A stretch of DNA of 63,681 nt, counting the filler. It is 5 parts of 5 records of this genome, joined end to end, with 100 filler letters (N's around TTAATTAATTAA, not from the genome) between each part and the next. Parts side by side here need not be neighbours in the genome. Positions count along the whole stretch, not along the records: positions 16,627 to 32,859 come from SRR31156797_3748; positions 32,960 to 42,532 come from SRR31156797_3749; 3 more parts are not named here. One strand, given 5' to 3'. A program made the translations under genes and the position numbers. Shown piece after piece: positions 30,566-39,949 of this stretch. Positions within the stretch are counted from its first letter, which is position 1. Each line of letters opens with the position of its first letter. Under the pieces are notes generated by a model, which saw nothing but the letters and a program-made list of their open reading frames with translations, was not told where the DNA came from and did no database searches.

Positions 30566-31819
30566 ATGAAAGCATTACTTAAGAACAAAAGTATTATAAA
30601 AATTCTTACATCAAATGCAATAACTAGATATGGAGACAGCGTTGAAACTCTGATTTTCAGCTGGATTGTGTATGAATTAACTGGTTCTCTATCAATTATG
30701 GGGATAGTATTTATGATAAATTTCATACCAAACCTCATCTTCTCTCCCTTTGCAGGTGTATACGCTGATAGACACAATAGAAAACGCATAATCATAATAT
30801 CTGATATTGTCAGAGGGATAAATGCCATAGTAATAGCTGTTATGCTTTTAGTTGGACATATATCAGTTGCACTTATTATTTGTTTCAGTATCATTAATTC
30901 TACTTTTGAAAGTTTTGCCTCACCTGCCAGATATGCTTTTTCTGTTGACATAGTACCAGAGGAGTTATTCATGCAGTTTACAGGGCTTAATACTTCTGTA
31001 CGCTCTTTTTCAGAATTAATAGGTCTTGCAACAGCAGGAATGCTGGTCTTGGTCGGAGGAAATGGAACAGCAATACTGATTGATGGCATAACATTCTTTA
31101 TGTCTGCACTAGGAATCTCATTAATTACGTACAAATATATTAGTGCAAATCAAGTAAGTACAGGTGTGAAATCATATTTTCAGGATATTAGTAATGGTTT
31201 CAAATTCGTTATATCAAAGCAGATACTTATTATTATAATGTTCTGTTCATTTATACTTAACTTCTTATTCACTCCTATAAATATCCTGATGCCAGCATAT
31301 GCTGATACAACACTATCTTTAGGAATAAACGGACTTAGTATTATGGAATCCTCTTTAGTAGTAGGGCTTATATTAGGTGGTTTATTAATAACGAAATTGA
31401 ATAATGTAAAGAATCTTTCTAGCATCAGTGTTGCAGGTTTTTTCCTAATGGCATTCACATATCTATTATTTGCATTAATACCAGGATTTAACTTCTCAAA
31501 TAATATTAATATAATTTGTATAGCTGTTAATAGTGCTCTATTTGGAGCCACTGTACCAATTATTAGTTCACCGATGATGAAGCGTATGTTTACATTGATA
31601 CCAGATAATAAACGAGGTATTACATCTGCTCTTATAAGTGTTACTGGACTAGTCAGTATGCCGCTGGGTGGTGGTATTATTGGACTTATAGGAGACAGTA
31701 TTTCTGTTACTAAATTTTTTATGATAGCTAGCACTGGATTAATAATACTTAGCATTTTTCTATTATTTAATAAGAATTTTCATTATAATAATACTGAACT
31801 TGCTGAAACGGAGAATTAG
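30566..31819 (+). CDS. MFS transporter (DHA3/MefA-like efflux)
   Basis: FAGVYADRHNRKRIIIISDIVR and about 12 TM helices. Confidence 0.88.
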   Translation: MKALLKNKSIIKILTSNAITRYGDSVETLIFSWIVYELTGSLSIMGIVFMINFIPNLIFSPFAGVYADRHNRKRIIIISDIVRGINAIVIAVMLLVGHISVALIICFSIINSTFESFASPARYAFSVDIVPEELFMQFTGLNTSVRSFSELIGLATAGMLVLVGGNGTAILIDGITFFMSALGISLITYKYISANQVSTGVKSYFQDISNGFKFVISKQILIIIMFCSFILNFLFTPINILMPAYADTTLSLGINGLSIMESSLVVGLILGGLLITKLNNVKNLSSISVAGFFLMAFTYLLFALIPGFNFSNNINIICIAVNSALFGATVPIISSPMMKRMFTLIPDNKRGITSALISVTGLVSMPLGGGIIGLIGDSISVTKFFMIASTGLIILSIFLLFNKNFHYNNTELAETEN

Positions 31820-31854
31820 CATTATACTAATAGTAGGAATTAGTAGGTGCACAA

Positions 31855-32421
31855 ATGAAAAAATATAGTGTAAAAACAGAAAAAGAGATTAATATAATCT
31901 TCAATACTTATCGTATGAAGATTATTGATAAATTTAAAAAAATGGAAAATAAAACAGCAACATTCAAACAGATTGCTGACGCTTTAGGCGATAATTCATC
32001 AAAAGTTACTTATCATGGTAAAATGCTAATTGAAATTGGTATTCTCAAATTAAGTCATACCAAAATTATCAATGGTATAAATGCAAAATATTATCAACTT
32101 CAGTATGATGGATTTGAAATCACAAAAGAAGGTCCATTGTATGATATGACCAAAGACTTATTAAAGAAACAGGTTTCAAATACGTTAATAGATGTTTATA
32201 ATGAAACGTATGAAAAATTAGCAAAAGCTACTCAATTCAATGAAATGCAGTCAATTCATATATCTTCTGACGAATTATATTTAACAAGAGAAGAGATAGA
32301 AGATTTTAACGACTGCATACATAAGTACACCGCCAAAAGTTCTCCCCGTCCTAATACAATAAAGGTAGATATGATGAGTCTGTTAATCTACAAGGATAAT
32401 GATAATGAGTCAAATCAATAA
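31855..32421 (+). CDS. ArsR-like winged-helix regulator
   Basis: RMKII...ATFKQIADALG..SSKVTYHGKML.EIGIL...INGINAKYY. Confidence 0.8.
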   Translation: MKKYSVKTEKEINIIFNTYRMKIIDKFKKMENKTATFKQIADALGDNSSKVTYHGKMLIEIGILKLSHTKIINGINAKYYQLQYDGFEITKEGPLYDMTKDLLKKQVSNTLIDVYNETYEKLAKATQFNEMQSIHISSDELYLTREEIEDFNDCIHKYTAKSSPRPNTIKVDMMSLLIYKDNDNESNQ

Positions 32422-32719
32422 TCATACATCTACTTACTGTCAAGTTCATTTAATGTTGTTTCATAGCAGTATTTTCTTGTAACACTGCCATATAATCAGA
32501 TTCAATTCTTGCATTCTGCAAGTAGCTGTCCGTCTTTTTTGCTGAGTGCTGTACTTATCGCCCTTAATTATTAAATACAATCTACTTCGAATAATTATGG
32601 TAAAATAACTTTTTCCTGCAAATAAATCTCTTGTATAGGCAGATTGCGTTCCCTGTTTCCCTAATTAAATAAATTATGTTTGCACAATACTTAATATAAT
32701 AAAGTGTATTATATATTTA

Positions 32720-32748
32720 TTGACATATAATAAATTAAATGATATACT
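32720..32748 (+). promoter_or_regulatory. Near-consensus sigma-A promoter
   Basis: TTGACA (32720-32725), 17 nt, TATACT (32743-32748), with an extended -10 TG. Confidence 0.8.
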
Positions 32749-32760
32749 CTTAAAAATTTT

Positions 32761-32859
32761 AGGAGTGCACCTATGGTTCCGTGCCATACGGCAGACTGGT
32801 CAAAGCGGTGCAGCATCAATCATGATGTACACTATTCGGGATAAAAGCCCGAGAAAGGA
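32761..32859 (+). ncRNA. ykkC-family riboswitch aptamer, subtype-2-like (not guanidine-I); 3' end cut by the contig end
   Basis: P1 UGCACC/GGUGCA (32766-71/32807-12); conserved CUAUGGUUCCG and CUGGUC..AG; P1b UGCC/GGCA; P2 GCAUCA/UGAUGU; J2/3 ACAC; P3 UCGGG-AUAAAAG-CCCGA. Lies directly after a promoter. Confidence 0.85.
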
Positions 32860-32959
32860 NNNNNNNNNNNNNNNNNNNNNNNNNNNNNNNNNNNNNNNNN
32901 NNNTTAATTAATTAANNNNNNNNNNNNNNNNNNNNNNNNNNNNNNNNNNNNNNNNNNNN
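32860..32959. other. Artificial contig spacer
   Basis: N44-TTAATTAATTAA-N44. Confidence 0.98.
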
Positions 32960-33755
32960 CACAATGCATAAATGAAAAAGTAAAATCAGGAGTATCATTG
33001 AAAATTTCCATATTTAAATCATATTTTTCTTTTATAGCTTTATAAAAAGCCAATCCCGAACCACCCATTGCATCTGCGCCAATTTTTAAGTTAGCCTCTT
33101 TTATAACATCCATATCAATCACATTTACTAAATCATCTACATAAGGAGTTATAAAATCATATTCAAGTAAAAAACCACTTTGCATAGCATCATCTAAATC
33201 AAGAATTTTTATATCTTCTAAATCATTTTTTAATATCTCATTTGCTCTTTGCTCTATAACTTTTGTAATAGTTTCATCAGCTGGTCCACCATCACTAAAG
33301 TTGTATTTAAAACCCCCATCACTTGGTGGATTATGTGAAGGAGTAATAACAATACCATCGCAATTTTCGTGTGTTAAAATTGCATGTGAAATTACTGGTG
33401 TTGGAGTATATTGAAAATCTTTTGCAAAATATGTTTTCACTCCATTTGCTGCTAAAATTTCAAGTGTAGTTCTATGAGCTGGGATTGATAAAGCGTGAGT
33501 ATCCATACCTACAAAAAGTGCTGTGTGCCCTTTTTCTAAATGAAACTCTGCAACTGCTTGTGCCATTGCCATTATGTGTTCTTCATTAAAACTATTTTTA
33601 GATGCACTTCCTCTGTGTCCTGAAGTTCCAAAAGAAACCATATGTGCTTCATTTTCTAAATCTGGAACCTTTACATAATAATCACTAATAAGTTTTGGTA
33701 TATTTTCTAATATCTCTTTTGGTGCTTTTTTACCTGCTAATTTGCTAATTGCCAT
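32960..33755 (-). CDS. pgm: Phosphoglucomutase (alpha-D-glucose-1,6-bisphosphate dependent), 3'-truncated
   Basis: SFGTSGHRGS, TPTPVISHAIL and active-site ITPSHNPPSDGGFKYN. Confidence 0.95.
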
Positions 33756-33773
33756 AAATCTACTCCTTTATTT

Positions 33774-35417
33774 TTATGCTTCATACATCAAAGTATAATA
33801 TTCATGTGCCATTCTTCCTGAATCAAATGCAGGAATGACATCTGAAATTGAATTTTTCTTTATCGATAGCCATTGTTTTTTCTCTTCATAATATAAAGGG
33901 ATAATCTTATTTTCTAAAGTTTCCATTAGATTTTTATTATCTAATCTATCTTGCTCATCTATTGATAAACCTCTTCCTTCTGTTGGGATTGTGAAAGAGT
34001 TTATCTCTTCTCTACAAAACTCTGGATGCCATCCATCTGCTATAGAAAGATTAATAGCACCATTCATAGCGGCACTCATTCCACTTGTTCCACTTGCTTC
34101 TCTTGTAACTCTTGGAGTATTAAGCCAAATATCTGCACCTTTTTTTAGTTTCATAGAAAGGTCTAATTCATATCCAACTAAAACAGCTACATTTTTATAT
34201 GATCTTGACATATAATTTAGTTCATTAAAAATATTTATTGCTTGAGTATCAAAAGGGTATGGTTTCCCCGCCCAAATTATTTGAATAGGATATTTTTGAT
34301 TTTGAATCATCTTTTCAAATCTTTCAAAATCGTATTTTAAAAGTCCTGGTCTTTTATATTCTGCAAACCTTCTTGCCCAAACAATAGTTAAAACCTCAGG
34401 GTCAAACATCTTTCCTGTTTGGTTTGCAACCTCATCAAAAAGAAGTCTTTTTAGATGTTTTTTTCTTGCATCAAGTTCAAAGTCTTCATGTTCATCTAAT
34501 GCTCTTAAAAGTGTCTTATCAGCCCAATATTTTCTATTTTGTGCGTTTGTTATAGAGATGATTTTACATCTTCCATCTACAAAGTTCCACATCTCATTTG
34601 CAACATCTCCATGGATTTTTGAGACTGCATTTGCAATCTTTGCCATTTTTAAAGCACCAACTGTTAAAGAGAATTTATCACTTCCTATTCCAGTTAATTC
34701 TCTTACTTTTTCTAAAGGAACTTCACTAAAAAATCCCATTTTATTTAAAAGCTCAATATTATGTTCTTCATTTCCTGCTGCTTCTGGAGTATGGGTTGTA
34801 AAAACTACTCTTTTTTTCACCTCATCAATATTTTGATACTTTTTATAAAGCTCAAAAGTCATTGGTAAAGAGTGACCTTCATTCATATGATAAATATCAG
34901 GATTGTAGTTTAATTCTTCTAAAACCTTTGCTCCCCCAACTCCTAAAACAATCTCTTGGGCTATTCTTGTTTCAGTGTTTGAATCATAAAGTTTATGAGT
35001 AATTGTTCTTGATAGATAATCGTTTTCAGGAATATCAGTAGAGAGAAGAATCAAAGGAGCACTATTAAAAAGTTCACTTGGCACTAAATATGCTCTTACA
35101 AGAACCTCTTTGCCATTAATATTTACACTAACTGTTACATTTAAGTCTTCTAAAAAAAAATATCTTTTTCTTCTAAATTCTACTTTTAGGTATCTATCTT
35201 CATCTCTTCCTTGGTCATAATAACCATAACTCCAAAGCATCCCTATACCAACAACATTTTGTTTCAAATCATATGCACTTCTCATGTGAGAGCCAGAAAG
35301 GAAACCAAGTCCTCCTGAATATATTTTTAAAGCTTGGTGAATAGCAAATTCCATAGAAAAGTATGCAACACTTTTTGAATACTTTTCATCAACTTCATAT
35401 TTATGTAAATAGCTCAT
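33774..35417 (-). CDS. glgP: Alpha-glucan (glycogen) phosphorylase, short form
   Basis: AYFSMEF, YSGGLG, HMNEGH, VFTTHTP, WARRFAEYKR and PLP-site EASGTSGMSAAMNG. Confidence 0.92.
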   Translation of the reverse strand: MSYLHKYEVDEKYSKSVAYFSMEFAIHQALKIYSGGLGFLSGSHMRSAYDLKQNVVGIGMLWSYGYYDQGRDEDRYLKVEFRRKRYFFLEDLNVTVSVNINGKEVLVRAYLVPSELFNSAPLILLSTDIPENDYLSRTITHKLYDSNTETRIAQEIVLGVGGAKVLEELNYNPDIYHMNEGHSLPMTFELYKKYQNIDEVKKRVVFTTHTPEAAGNEEHNIELLNKMGFFSEVPLEKVRELTGIGSDKFSLTVGALKMAKIANAVSKIHGDVANEMWNFVDGRCKIISITNAQNRKYWADKTLLRALDEHEDFELDARKKHLKRLLFDEVANQTGKMFDPEVLTIVWARRFAEYKRPGLLKYDFERFEKMIQNQKYPIQIIWAGKPYPFDTQAINIFNELNYMSRSYKNVAVLVGYELDLSMKLKKGADIWLNTPRVTREASGTSGMSAAMNGAINLSIADGWHPEFCREEINSFTIPTEGRGLSIDEQDRLDNKNLMETLENKIIPLYYEEKKQWLSIKKNSISDVIPAFDSGRMAHEYYTLMYEA

Positions 35418-36856
35418 TATTTTCCCTTCAATGACTGATACAAATTTATATATTCTTTTGCTGAATTACTCCATGAGTTATCAATACTCATATTGTGTTT
35501 TGAAACTTTTTCAAACTTCGAAGTGTTTGAATAAAGTGAAATTGCTTTTGCAAGTGCATGGTTAAACCAAAATAGATTATTCTCTTCAAAAGTTACACCA
35601 ACTCCTAAAGAGCAAGTTGATAAATCTTGGACATCAGTGAAATCAACTACAGTGTCTTTTAAACCACCTGTTTTAGTAACTATTGGTAAAGCTCCATATC
35701 TCATAGAAATCATTTGATTTAAACCGCAAGGCTCAAATGTAGAAGGCATCAATAAAAACTCTGCACTTGAATATAGTCTTCTTGCAAAAGACTCATCATA
35801 TCCAATTCTTATGTAGATATTTTCAAAGCTATCTACTATATTTGAAAAGGCATGATTATAAAAATCCTCTCCATTTCCCAAAATCACAAAATTTGCTTCA
35901 TAGCTTTTTACTAAGTTTATTGCTTCAAGGATTAAATCTACACCTTTTTGAGAAGTAAATCTTCCAATAAAAATAAATAGTGGTCTCTCTTTTTCTTTTA
36001 AATCAAGTTCTTCACACAAGTCATATTTGTTTTGAAGTCTTTTACCATAAGTTTCCACTGTAAAATTGTGTTTTATAAACTCATCTGTTTGGGGGTTGAA
36101 AACATCAGTACTGATTCCATTTACTATCCCTTTTAGTTTATAGTTGTTGATTGTAAGTGTTTTTTCTAAAGTGTTTCCAAAAGTTTTAGTTTGAATCTCT
36201 TTTGCATATGTTTCACTAACTGTAGTTACATAATCACTAAAAAATATACCAGCTTTTAGAAAGTTTACATTATCAAAATACTCTAAACCTTCAAACTTAA
36301 AACAACTCTCCCAATCTATTTCCAACTCATTCATTACTGTTTTAGGAAATATCCCTTGATAAGCTAAGTTATGAATAGTTAAAACAGTTTTTTGAGGTAA
36401 GTTATATCTTGTTTTTAAAAGTAAAGGTATCAAAGATGTTTGCCAATCATTTATATGGATTATATCAATATCTAAATCCATTCTTATCATCACTTCTAAA
36501 CAAGCATAAGAGAAAAGTCCAAACCTTAATCCATTGTCTCCAAAGTCTCCATATGAATCATGATATAAGCCTTCTCTATCACATAATATAGGATTATAAA
36601 TAAAAAGTTCATCTTGATTTTCATCTTTATAAAAAACATCAAATTGATGTCTTACTCCACATAACCAATAATCAAAAGTAATTCCACTATAAGAGATATT
36701 ATATTTGTATCTATCTATTTGGTTATATAAAGGCATTATTGAGTAGATTTTTTGGCTTTCTTTTCTTAATGCTTCAGGAAGAGCATATGCCACATCTGCT
36801 AAGCCACCTGTTTTTGCATAGGGAAAAATCTCACTTGCTGTAAAAAGTATATTCAT
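35417..36856 (-). CDS. glgA: Glycogen/starch synthase (GT5)
   Basis: KTGGLADV, HINDWQT, TIHNLAYQG and PSTFEPCGLNQM. Confidence 0.95.
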   Translation of the reverse strand: MNILFTASEIFPYAKTGGLADVAYALPEALRKESQKIYSIMPLYNQIDRYKYNISYSGITFDYWLCGVRHQFDVFYKDENQDELFIYNPILCDREGLYHDSYGDFGDNGLRFGLFSYACLEVMIRMDLDIDIIHINDWQTSLIPLLLKTRYNLPQKTVLTIHNLAYQGIFPKTVMNELEIDWESCFKFEGLEYFDNVNFLKAGIFFSDYVTTVSETYAKEIQTKTFGNTLEKTLTINNYKLKGIVNGISTDVFNPQTDEFIKHNFTVETYGKRLQNKYDLCEELDLKEKERPLFIFIGRFTSQKGVDLILEAINLVKSYEANFVILGNGEDFYNHAFSNIVDSFENIYIRIGYDESFARRLYSSAEFLLMPSTFEPCGLNQMISMRYGALPIVTKTGGLKDTVVDFTDVQDLSTCSLGVGVTFEENNLFWFNHALAKAISLYSNTSKFEKVSKHNMSIDNSWSNSAKEYINLYQSLKGK

Positions 36857-36857
36857 T

Positions 36858-37850
36858 TTATGCCTTATATATTTTTGCTGCTGTTTCTGGCAGTACTACA
36901 TTTATATTCATCATACTACCTATTTCAAAACCTGCTTGTTTGTAAATTCTAGGTTTTATTTCAATATTAAATCTAAAAAAATCTTTTGTTTTTTCGTCAT
37001 AATCTTTATATGGTGCATTGTTTATAATCATATTAAATGAAACATCCCCTAAAGCTTTATAAAATCTAGAGAAATACTCTTTTACAATATCGCATAAAGC
37101 ACTTATATCACTTTTCGAAAACTCGCTTAATGAAGATAGTTTTTTCTTTGAAACTATTTTTACCTCAAAAGCAAATGCTGAAGCATAAGGACAATATAAA
37201 ACAAACTCTGAATTTTGTGCAATTATATTTTTCTTGTATTCTAACTCTTCATATACTAAATCATCAAGTAAAGCTCTTTTGTGTTCTTTAAAATAGCTTT
37301 TTTGAAACTCATATTCATCTTGTATTTTTTTAGGAAGAAAAGGTAATGCCATAATTTGAGAGTGAGAATGAGACATTGAAGCACCTGCATCATGACCTTG
37401 ATTTTTAAAAACTGAAATATAAGAAAATCTGGTATCTCTTTTTAGGTTTATTACCCTTTCTTGAATAACTGCAAAGTAGTTTGACAAATCATTATAGTCA
37501 TATTGCCAAATCTGCTTTTCATGTTCAGGGGTTTCAATTACAACTTCATGTGCTCCAAATCCTGAAAACTTTTCAAAAAAGCTGTCTCTACTTGATTGAG
37601 GACTTGTTTCAATTGAAAGGGCATTATATAGATTTGGAACAACTCTACACTTCCATTTTCCATCTTGAGATATTCTTGTAATCTCATGTGGTGTAAATTC
37701 TTCTTTTCCTTCATCAAAAGGGCATTTTTTGTGAATAATATCACCACCAAAACCTAATTTTTTATTATCTAAGTCTTTTGGTCTTTTTAATCTTTCAGGA
37801 GCAAAAAGTGTCCACTCTCTTGAAAATTTACAATATCTAAACTCTGACAC
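36858..37850 (-). CDS. GalT/HIT-family nucleotidylyltransferase, ADP-glucose-phosphorylase-like (GTG start at 37850 inferred)
   Basis: CPF..G.E, RVVPNLY, GFGAHEVVIETP and FKNQG..AGASMSHSHSQIMALP; AGGAG RBS upstream of 37850. Confidence 0.85.
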   Translation of the reverse strand: MSEFRYCKFSREWTLFAPERLKRPKDLDNKKLGFGGDIIHKKCPFDEGKEEFTPHEITRISQDGKWKCRVVPNLYNALSIETSPQSSRDSFFEKFSGFGAHEVVIETPEHEKQIWQYDYNDLSNYFAVIQERVINLKRDTRFSYISVFKNQGHDAGASMSHSHSQIMALPFLPKKIQDEYEFQKSYFKEHKRALLDDLVYEELEYKKNIIAQNSEFVLYCPYASAFAFEVKIVSKKKLSSLSEFSKSDISALCDIVKEYFSRFYKALGDVSFNMIINNAPYKDYDEKTKDFFRFNIEIKPRIYKQAGFEIGSMMNINVVLPETAAKIYKA

Positions 37851-37861
37851 AGTAACTCCTA

Positions 37862-39949
37862 CTATATATACCAATTTTTAAAAAAAAGATTTTCAAAGTC
37901 AAGGTTTACTTCATCGTATAAAGGATATTTCTGAATTTTCTTGTTTTTTTCATAAAGTTCAAACAGAAGATTTATTTTTTTATGTTTTAAATCATATAGT
38001 TTGATTTCTATTCCTTCATCACAAGCAATATCAAAAAATGTTCCATTTTGTTCTATACTATACTTATCTTTTTTTATATCAAAAATAAAGATTTTATCAT
38101 CTAAAATCAACTTCAATTCTAAATCTGTATCATCTAATGATTTTATTTTATCACCTTTTAGATATAAATAAAGATTTGACTTAACATCAACCCCATAATA
38201 TAAATATTCAACAACTAAAGCTGAGGAATCCATAGTTGTAAATTCTTTTTTTATATCAAATCTACCGCTATTTAGCCATTCGAAAAAATTACTCATATTT
38301 CCGTCAACCACAGGTAAAATAAAATCTGAAGGTTTTATATTTATCATTTTACCTTTATCTTTTTTTACAATTGGTGTAAAAATATCTTTAGGAACATCAA
38401 CATTCATCAATTCATAAATATTTTTTAAATGTGCTCTAAATTGTTCATCAAACTGATGATTTAATTCTGTATAGTGGTCATCTCCGTACCACCAAAACCA
38501 ATCACTTCCTAAAGCAATTAAAAACTCTTTATCAATTTTTTGAATTTGTTCATTACTTAAACTATCTTTTTTCATATCATAGCTGGCTTTAGTCATATCG
38601 AGAAGTTCCCAAGCTCTATTTTTTTCACCACTTCCAATCCAAATATCGAAGTTTCCATTTATCCAGCTTCCACTTGCAAGTCTTGTTAATAAAATGGTTT
38701 CTAAATCCTCTTTTAAAGGCACTTCATCAAAAAGGATTGTTTCACACCAATCTTGGTTTGAGATTTCAGAATATAATTCTTCAAAAAACTCTTGCGCATT
38801 GTTTGGATAAAATTCCCAAGCATTTTCTCCATCAAGTATAACAGGAACAATAACTGAATCTTTCGCATCTAAGTAGATGTTTTTTAAATGGGAAATGAAA
38901 CTACTTGCAGCTTCTTTTGCACTCTTTTTACTAAACTCAAAACCAATTAAATCACTTAAATATTTATCTCTAAAGAATAAATTTACATTTCCATTTATAG
39001 TTTCTAAAACATAAGGTTTATATATAAGCTCTTTGTTTCCTTTTTGTAGAGTTTTGAAAAGTATCTCTTCATCACTACAAGCCCATTTGACTTCATTTTT
39101 TGCTAGAAGTGAAATTGTTTTTTCACTTACACTCCCTTCACTAGGCCAAAAACCATTGGGTTTAACTCCAAAGTTTTTTTCATAATAAGAAACTGCGCTA
39201 CTTACTTGTATATTTGCATATTCTTCATATGATTCTGGTTTTGAAGAGGGTAAAACAACATCACTTCTTGCCTCTACTGCGCTGTTTCTATCTAAGAGCA
39301 ATGGTAAAATTGGATGATAAAAAGGTGTTGTTGAAATAGATATTTTATTTTCATCAGATAGTTTTTTATAATAAGGAACAATTTGATTTAAAAAATCAAA
39401 AAGAGTATTTATAAGAGTTGTTTTTTGTTCTTGGGAAAAATCTCTTTTTTGAACTAAAAACTCTTGAATAAGTTCATTGTTTTCCCGTAGATAATTTCCA
39501 CACCAGCTTAACAGAAACAATACTTCTACATCTAAAATCTCTTCATTTGAGAAGTTTATAAAAGTACTGTTATTTGCTCTAAACTTTAAAAGCAATTCAT
39601 GATATCTAGGAAAGGGTTTTATCATATTGTGTTCATTTGGTAAGAAAAGATACTCTTCTAAAAATATCCTCTCTTCACTAACTAAAGAAGAAACATCTTT
39701 TTTTACAAGTTCAATGAACTTATCATTTGCGCTTGCATTGATATACTCTTCTACTTGAGCCAACAAAGATGGAACTAAATTAAATGTTGCTTTAATCTTA
39801 GGGAATTTTTCCATATACCAAGGAATATCATAATAATCCTTGATTGCATGAAGAAAAACCCAAGGCATTAAAGTAGTGTTTGTGAAATCATCTTTGTAAT
39901 AAGGTTGATGCATATGCCATAAAAATGACAAGTATAGTTTTTTATTCAC
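37862..39949 (-). CDS. GH57 glycoside hydrolase (amylopullulanase/branching-type)
   Basis: WHMHQPYY, TPFYHPILPLL, GFWPSEGSVS, ILDGENAWEFY and GSDWFWWYG. Confidence 0.92.
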   Translation of the reverse strand: MNKKLYLSFLWHMHQPYYKDDFTNTTLMPWVFLHAIKDYYDIPWYMEKFPKIKATFNLVPSLLAQVEEYINASANDKFIELVKKDVSSLVSEERIFLEEYLFLPNEHNMIKPFPRYHELLLKFRANNSTFINFSNEEILDVEVLFLLSWCGNYLRENNELIQEFLVQKRDFSQEQKTTLINTLFDFLNQIVPYYKKLSDENKISISTTPFYHPILPLLLDRNSAVEARSDVVLPSSKPESYEEYANIQVSSAVSYYEKNFGVKPNGFWPSEGSVSEKTISLLAKNEVKWACSDEEILFKTLQKGNKELIYKPYVLETINGNVNLFFRDKYLSDLIGFEFSKKSAKEAASSFISHLKNIYLDAKDSVIVPVILDGENAWEFYPNNAQEFFEELYSEISNQDWCETILFDEVPLKEDLETILLTRLASGSWINGNFDIWIGSGEKNRAWELLDMTKASYDMKKDSLSNEQIQKIDKEFLIALGSDWFWWYGDDHYTELNHQFDEQFRAHLKNIYELMNVDVPKDIFTPIVKKDKGKMINIKPSDFILPVVDGNMSNFFEWLNSGRFDIKKEFTTMDSSALVVEYLYYGVDVKSNLYLYLKGDKIKSLDDTDLELKLILDDKIFIFDIKKDKYSIEQNGTFFDIACDEGIEIKLYDLKHKKINLLFELYEKNKKIQKYPLYDEVNLDFENLFFKNWYI

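Noticed and set aside
32720-32911. 63-aa ORF in the track
   Set aside because: It starts at the TTG of the -35 box, runs through the riboswitch and into Ns; not a gene.
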